Origin: Fusobacteriota bacterium
Lineage (GTDB): Bacteria > Fusobacteriota > Fusobacteriia > Fusobacteriales > JBNJFI01
Direction: 5' to 3'
DNA: 64,000 nt
Assembly: GCA_051746725.1 (NCBI GenBank)
Contig: JBNJFI010000001.1
Coordinates: forward strand, 1-64,000
In this document: piece by piece, positions 43,002 through 53,620 of the stretch
Position numbering within the stretch: the first letter of the stretch is position 1
How the letters are laid out: each line of letters begins with the position of its first letter
Position numbers and translations under genes: made by a program
The notes under the pieces: model-generated
Told to the model about the DNA's origin: nothing
The model's database searches: none
What the model saw: the letters and a program-made list of their open reading frames with translations, nothing else

Positions 43002-43400
43002 TTAATTATCAATAATCGCAGTTGCCTCAATCTCAATATGACACCCTTTTTTGACTAACCCACTCACTTCGACCAAAGTACTCACAGGTCTAGCTTCTGA
43101 AAGATATTTGTCTCTAATCGGTGTTATTTTACTAAAATCATCCATATCAATTAAGAAAATCTGAATTTTTACGATGTCTTTTAGATTAGCCCCTGCCTCT
43201 TTAAGTAATCTTTTTATATTTTTAAATATAAAAACCGTTTGCTCTTTTATATCATCAGGCGCAACGGCATCTCCATTTTTATCCATTGCTATTTGACCTG
43301 TTAAAAATATCATACTTTTTTCTCCCAATGGAACTTTTATTCCATGAGAGTAAGCACCTACAGTTTTAGTGAAATTATCTGGATTTATTTTTTTATTCAT
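43002..43400 (-). CDS. RidA/YjgF family protein
   Basis: GAYSH, LTGQ, conserved R, P.STLV, IEIEA. Confidence 0.9.
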   Translation of the reverse strand: MNKKINPDNFTKTVGAYSHGIKVPLGEKSMIFLTGQIAMDKNGDAVAPDDIKEQTVFIFKNIKRLLKEAGANLKDIVKIQIFLIDMDDFSKITPIRDKYLSEARPVSTLVEVSGLVKKGCHIEIEATAIIDN

Positions 43401-43435
43401 GTATAATCTCCTTTTTTATTCTAATTCCTCATAAA

Positions 43436-44017
43436 TTAATTAGAAACTAAAATTATTCCTCTTTTTTGTTTGAGTTCATTTATAACTTTATTTCCAGTTT
43501 TTATCCTATAAGTTACGTTAGCTTTATAATCTTTATCTAATATTTCTGTTTGTTCAGATTTAGTTAATATATTATCAACGATATCAACCATTTCATAACC
43601 AAAGTCTAATACTATTTCTCTTTTTTTTATATACTCAATTATATCCCCTTTTTTGATAGCCAATTTACCTGCTTTTGAATAATGCCTAATAAGTCCACCA
43701 GCTCCTAATTTTATACCACCAAAATATCTGCTTATTACGATTACAATATTTGTCAAATCCATTATATTAATTAATTCTGCCACTGGTTTCCCAGCTGTGT
43801 TTTGTGGTTCACCATCATCGGAAAATTTAAAATACTCACGATTATCTTCGGTGACTTTATATGCATATACATTATGAGAAGCATCAGGATTCTTAGAATT
43901 TATTTTTTCTATAAAGTCTTCAGCCTCCTGTTTTGAAGAAATTGGCTTAATATATCCTATAAATTTAGATTTTTTTATTTCATGAATTATTTTAGCCTCG
44001 TGTTTTATTGTTTTCAT
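43436..44017 (-). CDS. YigZ/IMPACT family protein
   Basis: IKKSKF, SDDGEP..TAG.P, RYFGGIKLGAGGL. Confidence 0.95.
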   Translation of the reverse strand: MKTIKHEAKIIHEIKKSKFIGYIKPISSKQEAEDFIEKINSKNPDASHNVYAYKVTEDNREYFKFSDDGEPQNTAGKPVAELINIMDLTNIVIVISRYFGGIKLGAGGLIRHYSKAGKLAIKKGDIIEYIKKREIVLDFGYEMVDIVDNILTKSEQTEILDKDYKANVTYRIKTGNKVINELKQKRGIILVSN

Positions 44018-45233
44018 TTGTTCCCTCTTTTTGTTTTTTAACTTTTTCTAATTGTTCAATTGCCAATTTTTTAATATATCGTTCATTTTGATTTGCATCC
44101 TGTTTTGCTTTTATTAAATATTTTCCAGCTTTATCTAGTTTTCCAATTCTTCTATATAATTCACCTAATAAATAAATCAGGCCAGTTTCAGTTAATTTAC
44201 CGCTAATTTTTTCTCCAGTTGACAAAGCTTCCTCATAATATTCAATGGTTTTTTCTAGATAAAAAAGTTCAGTTTCAGTTTCGGAGTTTTCTCTTGCTAA
44301 CCAAGCTGCCTTTAAGTTTAAACTTCCCAAAAATGCAGAAGAAAAATTTCTCTCTTGGTAAATAATTATTGCTAATTTATATGCCATTAATGCTAATTCA
44401 TAGTTTCTTTCATCAAAAAAGTTAAGATTACCTGCTAAGTTTTTTCTCTTATCTTTTCCAGATAATATTTTTTCTATTTCTTTTTCATTTAAGTTGGAAA
44501 AATCTTCTTTTTTAGAAGAATACAGACATCTAGGACAAGTCCACATATCGTATATCAATGGATTTAATCCTTCGTACCATTCGTGAAAATCAGAATCTTT
44601 TTTCTTAATTGGTAAAGACTTACTTCTATAGTTTTGAGTAATAAATTCTAAACCACATATTGGACAAGCAACATTTTTTTTCCATAAACTTTTTTCTTTT
44701 ATATTTTTTTGGAGTTTTCTTAATTCTATCTTTTGATATTTTTTAGCAACATTAATCAATAATTTTTTTAGTTCTTTTTTTTGAGGATCCATTGAAGGAT
44801 CAATCTTTTGACTTGCTAGATCATCTAATACTTTTTTTGATTTATCAACAGGTTTTTCTTTTTTTTCTTCATCTAAAAATGATTTTACTCTCGTTTTAAA
44901 GGTTTTTATATTTATTGGTTTAATAAGACATCCACTAATATTAAATTTAGTTGACTTTAATATGTTTTCTTTATTTTCACTGGTAGACATAACCAAAAAA
45001 GGGATCTCCTTGTCAATATTTCTAACTCTTCTTAAAACTTCCAATCCAGTAATATCTGGGAGTTCAAGGTTTAATATTATCAAGTCAAATCCCGATTCTT
45101 TTCGAAGGAGAGGTATTACCTCTCCTCCTCTTTCTTTTATTTTAACATCAAAGCCTTCTGATTTTAATATCTGTTCATATAATTTATTTGTGGCCTTTAA
45201 ACTATCAACTATTAGAACTTTCTTTTTTTCCAT
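43992..45233 (-). CDS. Atypical receiver domain fused to a DUF2225-like (CxxC...CxxC + TPR) domain
   Basis: REC fold with LIILN; CPICG..DSDF..NP..Y..W.CPRC.Y; LKAAWLAR; YLLGELYRR. Confidence 0.8.
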   Translation of the reverse strand: MEKKKVLIVDSLKATNKLYEQILKSEGFDVKIKERGGEVIPLLRKESGFDLIILNLELPDITGLEVLRRVRNIDKEIPFLVMSTSENKENILKSTKFNISGCLIKPINIKTFKTRVKSFLDEEKKEKPVDKSKKVLDDLASQKIDPSMDPQKKELKKLLINVAKKYQKIELRKLQKNIKEKSLWKKNVACPICGLEFITQNYRSKSLPIKKKDSDFHEWYEGLNPLIYDMWTCPRCLYSSKKEDFSNLNEKEIEKILSGKDKRKNLAGNLNFFDERNYELALMAYKLAIIIYQERNFSSAFLGSLNLKAAWLARENSETETELFYLEKTIEYYEEALSTGEKISGKLTETGLIYLLGELYRRIGKLDKAGKYLIKAKQDANQNERYIKKLAIEQLEKVKKQKEGTNENNKTRG

Positions 45234-46308
45234 TTTTATTCATCTCCATCATTTTTATAAAATCATTAAATATATGAAAACTATCATGCGGTCCAGGAGA
45301 AGCTTCTGGATGATGTTGTACAGTTAATATATCTTTTCCAACCATTCCTTCAGAAGAATTATCATTTAAATTTATATATTTTAAGTCCATCCCCTCTAGA
45401 GAATCCATATCCACTGCAAAACCATGATTTTGAGAAGTGATATCAACTTTTTTGGTATCCATATCTATTACAGATTGATTGGCTCCTCTATGCCCAAATT
45501 TCATTTTATATGTTTTCCCCCCTAAACTCAAAGCAGCCAGTTGATGTCCTAGACATATACCAAATATAGGTTTTTTATTTTTTAATTTTTTGATGTTTTC
45601 AATTGCATAATCAACTGCAGCAGGATCTCCAGGTCCATTTGATAAGAAAATACCATCTGGATCCATATCTAAAACTTTTTCAGCTGGATAATCAGAAGGT
45701 ACAACTGTTAAATCACATTTTAAATCTTCTAAAATTCTCAAGATATTAAACTTAACACCATAATCATAAACAACAACATTATATTCTTTTTTGTTATCAA
45801 GTTTATTCCATTTATATACCTCTTTAGTGGTAACCGTATCTACTAAGTTCATTCCCTCCATATCAGGAGCTTCTTTTACTTTTTTGTCTAAAATTTCTAA
45901 ATCAAACTCTTCAGTAGATATTATTCCATTCATAGACCCTTCTTCTCTGATCTTTTTTGTTAAAGATCTAGTATCAATATTTTCAATTCCAATGATATTA
46001 TTTTCCTTTAAATACTTTCCTAAACTTTTTTGAGCTCTAAAATTAAAATATTCCTCATTATAGTTTTTTACAATAAAAGCAGATACCTGAACTTTATCCG
46101 ATTCCACATCCTCTTCATTTACACCATAGTTTCCTATCTCGGGATAAGTCATTGTCACCATCTGACCTGTATAAGATGGATCTGTTAATATTTCTTGATA
46201 TCCTGTCATAGAAGTATTAAAAACTACTTCTCCTGTAACTTCTCCCTGGGCACCAAAATTCTCTCCATAAAAATACGTACCGTCTTCTAAATATAATATT
46301 GCTTTCAT
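45205..46308 (-). CDS. carA: Carbamoyl-phosphate synthase small subunit
   Basis: GEVVFNT.MTGYQE, SNGPGDP, GICLGHQ, HPEASPGP. Confidence 0.97.
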   Translation of the reverse strand: MKAILYLEDGTYFYGENFGAQGEVTGEVVFNTSMTGYQEILTDPSYTGQMVTMTYPEIGNYGVNEEDVESDKVQVSAFIVKNYNEEYFNFRAQKSLGKYLKENNIIGIENIDTRSLTKKIREEGSMNGIISTEEFDLEILDKKVKEAPDMEGMNLVDTVTTKEVYKWNKLDNKKEYNVVVYDYGVKFNILRILEDLKCDLTVVPSDYPAEKVLDMDPDGIFLSNGPGDPAAVDYAIENIKKLKNKKPIFGICLGHQLAALSLGGKTYKMKFGHRGANQSVIDMDTKKVDITSQNHGFAVDMDSLEGMDLKYINLNDNSSEGMVGKDILTVQHHPEASPGPHDSFHIFNDFIKMMEMNKNGKKESSNS

Positions 46309-46368
46309 TAAAACCTCCTATATTTTATTTTATAAATTTATTTAATTAATTTATGATATATTTATCAT

Positions 46369-46983
46369 TTATTTTAATTGTAAATTATCTTTTCTAGGCA
46401 TATGTAAATCATATTTTAAAGATATTAAGCGTCCTATAAATATAAACGCTAACACAAAATAACTTGTTTCTAATTTATCAATCGGTATATATAGATCCAT
46501 ATAAAAATATATTATAGCCCCTATAATGCAAAACGTAGCATATACTTCTTCTTTTAAAATAAACGGAATTTCATTTACCAATATATCTCGAAACATTCCT
46601 CCAAAAGTAGCCGTTATAGTTGATAAAAATACCACTCCAACTATATTTAAACTGAAATCCATTGCTACTTGAGCACCAACAACTGCAAATACAGCTAATC
46701 CAAGCGCATCAAATATTTTTATAACCTTTGAAAAATCTTTAATGTGATAACCGAAAGTATATGTCAAAAAAGCTGTTATAATCGCAACAAATATAGTCTC
46801 TTTTTCTATAAAAACTACTGGAATTTTATTTATTAAGACATCTCTACATATCCCACCACCAACTGCTGTTATTATTCCTAATATTATAACTCCTAATATA
46901 TCTAGCTTATATTTTAATCCTTTTAAAGAACCAGCCACAGCAAAAGCTATTGTTCCTAATATATTTAATGTCCATAGAAACAT
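46369..46983 (-). CDS. TRIC / UPF0126 (YadS-like) membrane protein
   Basis: Duplicated TA.GGG..RD.L and TATFGG..RD.L motifs; DALGL. Confidence 0.9.
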   Translation of the reverse strand: MFLWTLNILGTIAFAVAGSLKGLKYKLDILGVIILGIITAVGGGICRDVLINKIPVVFIEKETIFVAIITAFLTYTFGYHIKDFSKVIKIFDALGLAVFAVVGAQVAMDFSLNIVGVVFLSTITATFGGMFRDILVNEIPFILKEEVYATFCIIGAIIYFYMDLYIPIDKLETSYFVLAFIFIGRLISLKYDLHMPRKDNLQLK

Positions 46984-48276
46984 TTATATTAACTTCCCAT
47001 CTATCATCTTAACTTCTCCGTTAACAACAGTCATATAAGGTTTTCCTCTTAGAGTTTTTCCATTAAAAGGAGTATTTTTTCCCTTTGAATAAAACTCATC
47101 ACTATTGACTGTCCATTCTTTTTTGAAATCAACTATACTTAAATCAGCAATTTTACCTTCTTTTATTCCTTTATCTTTAATTCTAAATATTTTTCTAGGA
47201 TTTATACTCAATAATTCAGCCATTCGTTTTAAATCAATTACATCATTATTAACTAATTCATCGGAAACAAGTCCAACAGCTGTTTCTAATCCTGATATAC
47301 CAAATGGAGCTGCATCATAATCAACTACTTTATCTACCTTGCTGTGTGGTGCATGATCTGTTGATATTATATCAACTGTTCCATCTTCAATTCTTGCAAT
47401 CAGATATTCCATATCTTCTTGATCTCTAAGAGGAGGATTTACCTTTGTCCCTGTGTCATAACCTTGATCAAACACCTCTTTATCTGTTAATGAAAAGTGA
47501 TGTGGAGTAACTTCCACTGTAACATCGACACCTCTAGCCTTGGCATCTTTAATAATTCTTAAACTTTCCTTTGTAGAAGCATGAGCTATATGCAATCTTG
47601 ACTGTCTAGATTCACATAATAATATATCTCGAGATACTATAACTGCCTCTGCCTCATTTGGGATTCCCTTTAATCCAAGTCTTATAGAATATACTCCTTC
47701 ATTCATAACTCCATTTTTCGAAAGACTCCTGTCTTCTGAATGAGAAATCATAGGTAAATCAAATTTTTTTATATATTCAAAAGCCTTTCTTGTTAGAAGA
47801 GAATTTTCCACAGGAACACCATCGTCGGATATCCCAACTATTCCTGAAGTATGCATTTTACCTATTTCAGCTAATTCATGGCCATTTTCACCTTTAGTTA
47901 TAGCGCCAATTGGATATATTCTAGCTAAATCAAGATCTCGTTCTTTATTTTTTAAATACTCCACCATTACCTGATTATCACAAATAGGATTTGTATTTGG
48001 CATAGGAGCAACCCCTGTAAATCCACCAGCTAACGCAGCTTTTAAACCAGTTTCTATTGTTTCTTTATATTCTTGACCTGGTTCTCTTAAATGAACATGC
48101 ATATCAATAAAGCCAGGAAAGATAACTTTTCCAGCCAAGTCATACTCTTGCATTTCTTTAGTTTTTTCTATATTCTCAGAAATTTCTACGATCTTACCTT
48201 TTTTGATTAAAATATCCATTTTTCCCTGTAAATCATTTTCAGGATCTACAATCAGTCCATTCTTCAATAACAACAT
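46984..48276 (-). CDS. pyrC: Dihydroorotase (type I)
   Basis: DMHVHLREPG, MPNT, EVTPHH, KVNPPLR, TDHAPH. Confidence 0.97.
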   Translation of the reverse strand: MLLLKNGLIVDPENDLQGKMDILIKKGKIVEISENIEKTKEMQEYDLAGKVIFPGFIDMHVHLREPGQEYKETIETGLKAALAGGFTGVAPMPNTNPICDNQVMVEYLKNKERDLDLARIYPIGAITKGENGHELAEIGKMHTSGIVGISDDGVPVENSLLTRKAFEYIKKFDLPMISHSEDRSLSKNGVMNEGVYSIRLGLKGIPNEAEAVIVSRDILLCESRQSRLHIAHASTKESLRIIKDAKARGVDVTVEVTPHHFSLTDKEVFDQGYDTGTKVNPPLRDQEDMEYLIARIEDGTVDIISTDHAPHSKVDKVVDYDAAPFGISGLETAVGLVSDELVNNDVIDLKRMAELLSINPRKIFRIKDKGIKEGKIADLSIVDFKKEWTVNSDEFYSKGKNTPFNGKTLRGKPYMTVVNGEVKMIDGKLI

Positions 48277-48302
48277 TTTTCCTCCTAGATTTTATTTATT
48301 CT

Positions 48303-48329
48303 AAAAAATAGAAGGGGATCCCCCTTCTA
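48303..48329 (-). terminator. Intrinsic terminator
   Basis: tagaagggg-atc-ccccttcta stem followed by a U6 run on the minus strand. Confidence 0.8.
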
Positions 48330-48332
48330 CTT

Positions 48333-49682
48333 TTATCTTACAAATATTCCATTTTTTTCTATTCTGAAGTAATAATTTCCTTCTTCTCCTATATTTTTTC
48401 CAAGTCCAAACCATAGCGATCTTTTCAATTCAAAATCAAATTTAACTAAGATATCATCCTTAGCTCCATAATTAATGTATTCAACTGCAGGCACAAAACG
48501 ATCTGTAAATTTCGGAAGATATTCTATAGCTAATCCAAACACGTTACTATCTTCGTTATCATTTAAATCAACACTATACATACCATTTAAATTCAGAGAA
48601 AGCTTATTTATTTTTTTTTCTGCTAACAAAGTTAATTGTGAATTTTTTTCTGTTCCTAATTCATACTTTAGACCTGTTGTTATATATGGCTTTTCAATAC
48701 TGCTTTTTATATTAAAATTAATTTCATTATTATTTTTATTATCTAAATCATCAAAAACTCCACCAATTCCAAATTCAAAAAAGTCTAATATTCCTATTCT
48801 AAAATCTAAACTAGCTTCTTCTAGATAATCAACACTAATAGAATATAATCCAGATGGAATTACCTTTGTTTTTTCTACTTTTCCAACTTTAATAGGATAT
48901 TTTCCTTTTATATCTTTTATATATGATTTATCAGATTTTTTGGGCTTTTCACCTTTATTTGAAATCTCTAATTCCGTAAAACTTTTGACTTGAATCAAGT
49001 CATCTTTTTTAACCTTAATATTAGTTAATATTCCTCCATCTATAGTTGCACTTGAATATTTGTTTTCCACAGTATCTACTTTGGCTTCAGCTATATTTTT
49101 TTTATCTAAATAAATCATTTCGTTAGTTTCTTCATCTAAAATTTCTTTTTCTGATCTAAATATCTTTATAATACTTCCATTTTTAATTCCATACACTTTT
49201 CCGATATTAATGTATACTTTTCCGCCATCTTTATCAATTATTCTTCCTGTTACAGGAAACTTTTCCAAAAGTTTTTTTTGGAAATATATTCCTAGATATT
49301 TTATATTATCATACTTAAAATCAACTGAATCACTTATAATAATTTTTGAATTACTTACATTAATTATTTTATAATTAAATGAATATGCATTTTTTATCTC
49401 CTGAACTTCACCACTAAATAAAAAATCTACACCTTGAAATTCGGTCCCTATTTTATCAATTCCTAAGCTGGCCTCTTCTTGCCAAACTTCCTGAAATACA
49501 GTTTTTTTACTTAATACGTCAAATTTATTTTGATTTATTAATTCTCTTTCTATTATGTTTTTAACTTTTTCATTTACTTGTTTATTTTCACCTTTAAATC
49601 CATATACTGCTATTTTCTCCTTACCTTGAACAAAAATTGTTATCAAATTAAAAGTTAAAATTAATATTAATATTTTTTTCAT
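48333..49682 (-). CDS. Exported protein: CsgG/TolB-N-like + FlgT-C-like + putative beta-barrel
   Basis: Signal peptide; KIAVYGF...F.VL; GRII...KVYINIG...GIK.G; amphipathic C-terminal strands. Confidence 0.5.
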   Translation of the reverse strand: MKKILILILTFNLITIFVQGKEKIAVYGFKGENKQVNEKVKNIIERELINQNKFDVLSKKTVFQEVWQEEASLGIDKIGTEFQGVDFLFSGEVQEIKNAYSFNYKIINVSNSKIIISDSVDFKYDNIKYLGIYFQKKLLEKFPVTGRIIDKDGGKVYINIGKVYGIKNGSIIKIFRSEKEILDEETNEMIYLDKKNIAEAKVDTVENKYSSATIDGGILTNIKVKKDDLIQVKSFTELEISNKGEKPKKSDKSYIKDIKGKYPIKVGKVEKTKVIPSGLYSISVDYLEEASLDFRIGILDFFEFGIGGVFDDLDNKNNNEINFNIKSSIEKPYITTGLKYELGTEKNSQLTLLAEKKINKLSLNLNGMYSVDLNDNEDSNVFGLAIEYLPKFTDRFVPAVEYINYGAKDDILVKFDFELKRSLWFGLGKNIGEEGNYYFRIEKNGIFVR

Positions 49683-49713
49683 ATATAACTCCTTATTATC
49701 TTATCAGTTTCTA

Positions 49714-50511
49714 TTATTGTAACCCAATATATCTCAATACTAATTGTAAACCTGTATTAAAAGCTGGTCTGATTATTAAATCTAAAAACCCTAAATATAA
49801 TAATGCGATAATTATTATAAAACCATACCTCTCCATTGTGTTCATAATATTCTTTACTTTTCTATTTCCCAAAGCAAATATAATTCTAGATCCATCTAAA
49901 GGCGGAATTGGTATCAAATTAAATATAATCAAAGCCATATTTATAAATATAAAAAATATGAAAAATAATATAACTAAATTAGATAATGATAAAAGGTTTA
50001 CAGTTTGATTTTGCAGTACCATTGAAAATATTCTAATTACACTATCTTTAGGAAAAAACTTTAAAACTGTTGCTCCTATAATTAAACCTATTAAATTTGT
50101 TGTTACTCCAGCCAGCGCAACAGAAATCATTCCTTTTTTCTTATCTCTAAATCTTTTAGAATTTATTGGCACAGGTTTAGCCCATCCAATCACAATTGGA
50201 GAACCTGATAATATTAATATAACCGGCACCAAAGTCCCTATTGGATCTATATGACTTTTTGGATTTAAAGTCAATCTATTGGCATTTTTGGCAGTTGGAT
50301 CACCATTTAAATAAGCAATATACCCATGAGCCACTTCATGAATTATAACTGCAACAAATAAGGCTATGATCATTACCAATATCTGAGGGTTTATAAATAT
50401 TCGTTGTAATATGATTATACCTAAGACTAAACCGATAAATAAATATATGTATATAGTATTTTTACTAATTCCTCTATTAGCTCTTTTTATTTCTTCCCAA
50501 AAATTTTTCAT
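49714..50511 (-). CDS. Site-2 protease (M50 family)
   Basis: HEVAHG, GWAKPVP, FNLIPIPPLDG. Confidence 0.93.
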   Translation of the reverse strand: MKNFWEEIKRANRGISKNTIYIYLFIGLVLGIIILQRIFINPQILVMIIALFVAVIIHEVAHGYIAYLNGDPTAKNANRLTLNPKSHIDPIGTLVPVILILSGSPIVIGWAKPVPINSKRFRDKKKGMISVALAGVTTNLIGLIIGATVLKFFPKDSVIRIFSMVLQNQTVNLLSLSNLVILFFIFFIFINMALIIFNLIPIPPLDGSRIIFALGNRKVKNIMNTMERYGFIIIIALLYLGFLDLIIRPAFNTGLQLVLRYIGLQ

Positions 50512-50535
50512 AATTACTCCTTTCAGTTCTTTCTT

Positions 50536-50564
50536 ATTATATCATATTTATTTTTATTTTACAA
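50536..50564 (-). promoter_or_regulatory. Putative sigma70 promoter
   Basis: TTGTAA-17-TATAAT with TGn extension. Confidence 0.6.
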
Positions 50565-52266
50565 GAATATCACTTCCCTTTTTTGAGTATTCTATCCTTA
50601 TATTTTCTAGTTTTATTGTTTCATTTTGATTGACTTTCTGAATATTTTTCACTCCAAAAATTTTCTCAATTTTAGAAAAATATTTATCTGGTATCTTATA
50701 ATTCACAAATACAATATCTAAAGTGTTTATTCCTTTTTTCTTAAATTTTAAGATATCTCTATCAGTAAGATTTCTATTCCATATTAAAATCCCTTTTTTG
50801 AGATTAGATTTAATATATAAATTTTTATTTAATTTATATTGAGATGGCGAAGATTTAAAATTAAATATACTTATTACCAAAATATAAATTAATATAATAA
50901 ATGATCCTTTTTTTAGATTTATATCTTGTTTTTTAATTACTTTTTGGTATATATAATAACCAATTATACAATAAAAAACTAATAACATATATATAGGAAT
51001 ATATTTATATATCTTTATTTGAATTAAAGGAATATTTTTAGCCTGAATAATATAAAATTTCAGAATATTATATAATTTTTCTAAAAAGAAACCCAGAAAA
51101 ATAGATATCTTTATGGAAAAAAACCCAATAATTAAACTTATAAAAGCTCCACCAACTACTAACACTCCTAAGGGTATTGCAATTATATTTATAATCATAA
51201 CAAAGATTGGTAAACTATTAAAATAATATACAAAAATAGGTGCCAAAGCTATCTGAATAGATATACTCAAAATAAGCATTTCCAATAATTTATTATCGGA
51301 CTTTATTTCAACTAATTTATAAATATAAATAATTCCAAATAGAGCCATATAGGACAGTTGAAATGACACCGATAAAATTAACGTGGGATTTATTAAAAGA
51401 GTTATTATTCCTGCCAACGAAACACTTTTTTTTATATTTGGCTCTTCTTTTAATAATTTTGAAATTAAAAATACTCCCCCCATTATATAAGCTCTAAAAA
51501 CAGAAGGACTAAAATTTAGCATAACTACATATAAAGTAATTGAAATTAAAGCCAAAAAATATCGCATATTATATCCCAAAGGAAGTTTTCCTAAAATAAA
51601 AACTACTATCCCTATTATTAAGCCTATGTGCAAACCAGATATTACTAATATGTGAGCTGCTCCGGTATATCTAAATCCCTCTAAAAGTTCTTGAGAAAGT
51701 CCATCTTGTTCTCCTAATAAAATTGCTCTTAAAAAAGAAAAAAATTCATAACTATAAGGAACAGATATTTTTTTTATTTTCTCTCTTGTTGTATTCTTTA
51801 ACTTATTTATTTTTGAAGGTTTTATCTCTAAAATTTCTCCTCGAACTGTGATATTATTTTCATATTTATTTAAATAATCAATTTTTATATTTAGTTTATA
51901 TTTTCCATTTTTTATTCCCCTTACTCTAGACTTAAAAAATATCCTTTTTTGAGTGATTTTATTATTTATTTTTAATATCTCAAATTTAGATCCATTCTTA
52001 ATTGCATTTACTTTATATATTTTGTCTTTATCTATTTTTTCATCGGTTATTCTTATAGCATATATCATTCCAACTGTCAAAAAAGATAAAATTAATATTA
52101 TTATTTCCCCATTTTTATTACTCGTAAATTTATCAATGAAAAATAGAAAAATTCCTGTTATAAATATAAATAATAATAACAAAAAAGGGAGTTGAACATA
52201 GTAGAAAAAAATTGAACCACATAATATAGTGATAAAAATTTTATAAATAGCTTCCACTATGAACAC
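50554..52266 (-). CDS. comEC: ComEC/Rec2 competence channel
   Basis: AILLG, G.AHILVISGLH, PSVFRA, SFQLSY. Confidence 0.88.
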   Translation of the reverse strand: MFIVEAIYKIFITILCGSIFFYYVQLPFLLLLFIFITGIFLFFIDKFTSNKNGEIIILILSFLTVGMIYAIRITDEKIDKDKIYKVNAIKNGSKFEILKINNKITQKRIFFKSRVRGIKNGKYKLNIKIDYLNKYENNITVRGEILEIKPSKINKLKNTTREKIKKISVPYSYEFFSFLRAILLGEQDGLSQELLEGFRYTGAAHILVISGLHIGLIIGIVVFILGKLPLGYNMRYFLALISITLYVVMLNFSPSVFRAYIMGGVFLISKLLKEEPNIKKSVSLAGIITLLINPTLILSVSFQLSYMALFGIIYIYKLVEIKSDNKLLEMLILSISIQIALAPIFVYYFNSLPIFVMIINIIAIPLGVLVVGGAFISLIIGFFSIKISIFLGFFLEKLYNILKFYIIQAKNIPLIQIKIYKYIPIYMLLVFYCIIGYYIYQKVIKKQDINLKKGSFIILIYILVISIFNFKSSPSQYKLNKNLYIKSNLKKGILIWNRNLTDRDILKFKKKGINTLDIVFVNYKIPDKYFSKIEKIFGVKNIQKVNQNETIKLENIRIEYSKKGSDILVK

Positions 52267-52305
52267 TCCCTTTTAATATTTTTGTTTTTATAATTTTAAT
52301 ACATT

Positions 52306-53589
52306 TTAATTATATATTTTTTCAAATTCATCAAAATAATTTGGAAAAGTTTTGGAAACACAACCTGGATCTTTTATTTTCGTTCCTGGAATTAATAATC
52401 CTGGAACAGAAAAACTCATAGCCATTCTGTGATCATCATATGTATCTATAGAAACTCCTTCATTATATTTTTCAACTGGTTCTATTATCAACCCATCTTC
52501 CAATTCAGTTACCTTAGCACCTAATTTCGTAAGTTCATTACATACAGCTTTTATTCTATCCGTTTCTTTTATTCTCATATTATATACATTCTTTATTTCA
52601 GTTTTCCCTTCAGCAAATATTGCTATTGCTGCTAAAGTTTGAGCTACATCTGACATATGATGCATATCTACTGTAACTCCTTTTAGTTTTTTAGGACCTT
52701 TTACTATAACATGATTTTCTCCATATTCAATCTCAGCACCCATTTTTTCTAAAACTTCTAGGAATTTTATATCTCCTTGCATTACATCTTTTTTGACATT
52801 ATTTACTTTAACTGTACTATTAGTTGCAGCTGCTATTGCAAAAAAGTAAGACGCAGAAGAGCAATCTCCTTCAACAACATATTCTCTCCCTTTATATTCT
52901 TGTCCTGATTTAATAAAAAACTCTTTATAATCCTCATTAACTACCTCAACTCCAAAATCCTTCATCATTGTAGTAGTAATATCTATATATGGTTTTGATA
53001 CCATCTCACCGTCTATCTCAATAGTTATATCTTCATTTGCATAGGGAGCAGAAAGTAAAATAGATGTAACATATTGACTACTTTTATCCCCACGCATTTT
53101 AACTGATCCTTTATTTATTCCATTTGCATAAACTGTAATTGGAGGATACCCCTCTTTTTCTTGATATTCAGTTTTTATATCTAATTGAGAAAGAGCAGTT
53201 ACTAAGTCTTTAATTGGTCTTCCCTTTTTCATTCTCTCTATACCAGTTAAAGTTACTTCACCTTTTCCTGTAGCTATATATGTAGGTAAAAATCTAATGG
53301 AAGTTCCAGAGTTACCTAAGAATAACTCACTTTTTTGAAATTCTTTTTTCTGATTTCCTTTTATAATAACCTCTTTAGTGTTTTCATTGGCATTTACATC
53401 GTTTCCTAATTTTTCCAATGCTTTCATCATATATTTGGTATCATCACTGAATAACATATTTTTTAAAACTGTCTCTCCTTTTGCATGAGCTGCAATTATA
53501 AGAGCTCTATTTGCAACAGATTTAGATCCAGGTATATCCACCTCTATGTTAAAATTTTTTGCTGGTTTAACTTGATAAGTATTTTCCAT
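52306..53589 (-). CDS. aroA: 3-phosphoshikimate 1-carboxyvinyltransferase
   Basis: PGSKS..NRAL, GNSGT, SSQY, KETDRI, DDHRMAM, KTFP. Confidence 0.97.
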   Translation of the reverse strand: MENTYQVKPAKNFNIEVDIPGSKSVANRALIIAAHAKGETVLKNMLFSDDTKYMMKALEKLGNDVNANENTKEVIIKGNQKKEFQKSELFLGNSGTSIRFLPTYIATGKGEVTLTGIERMKKGRPIKDLVTALSQLDIKTEYQEKEGYPPITVYANGINKGSVKMRGDKSSQYVTSILLSAPYANEDITIEIDGEMVSKPYIDITTTMMKDFGVEVVNEDYKEFFIKSGQEYKGREYVVEGDCSSASYFFAIAAATNSTVKVNNVKKDVMQGDIKFLEVLEKMGAEIEYGENHVIVKGPKKLKGVTVDMHHMSDVAQTLAAIAIFAEGKTEIKNVYNMRIKETDRIKAVCNELTKLGAKVTELEDGLIIEPVEKYNEGVSIDTYDDHRMAMSFSVPGLLIPGTKIKDPGCVSKTFPNYFDEFEKIYN

Positions 53590-53620
53590 TATTCCACCTT
53601 TCTTAAAAATTATCTTTGTT

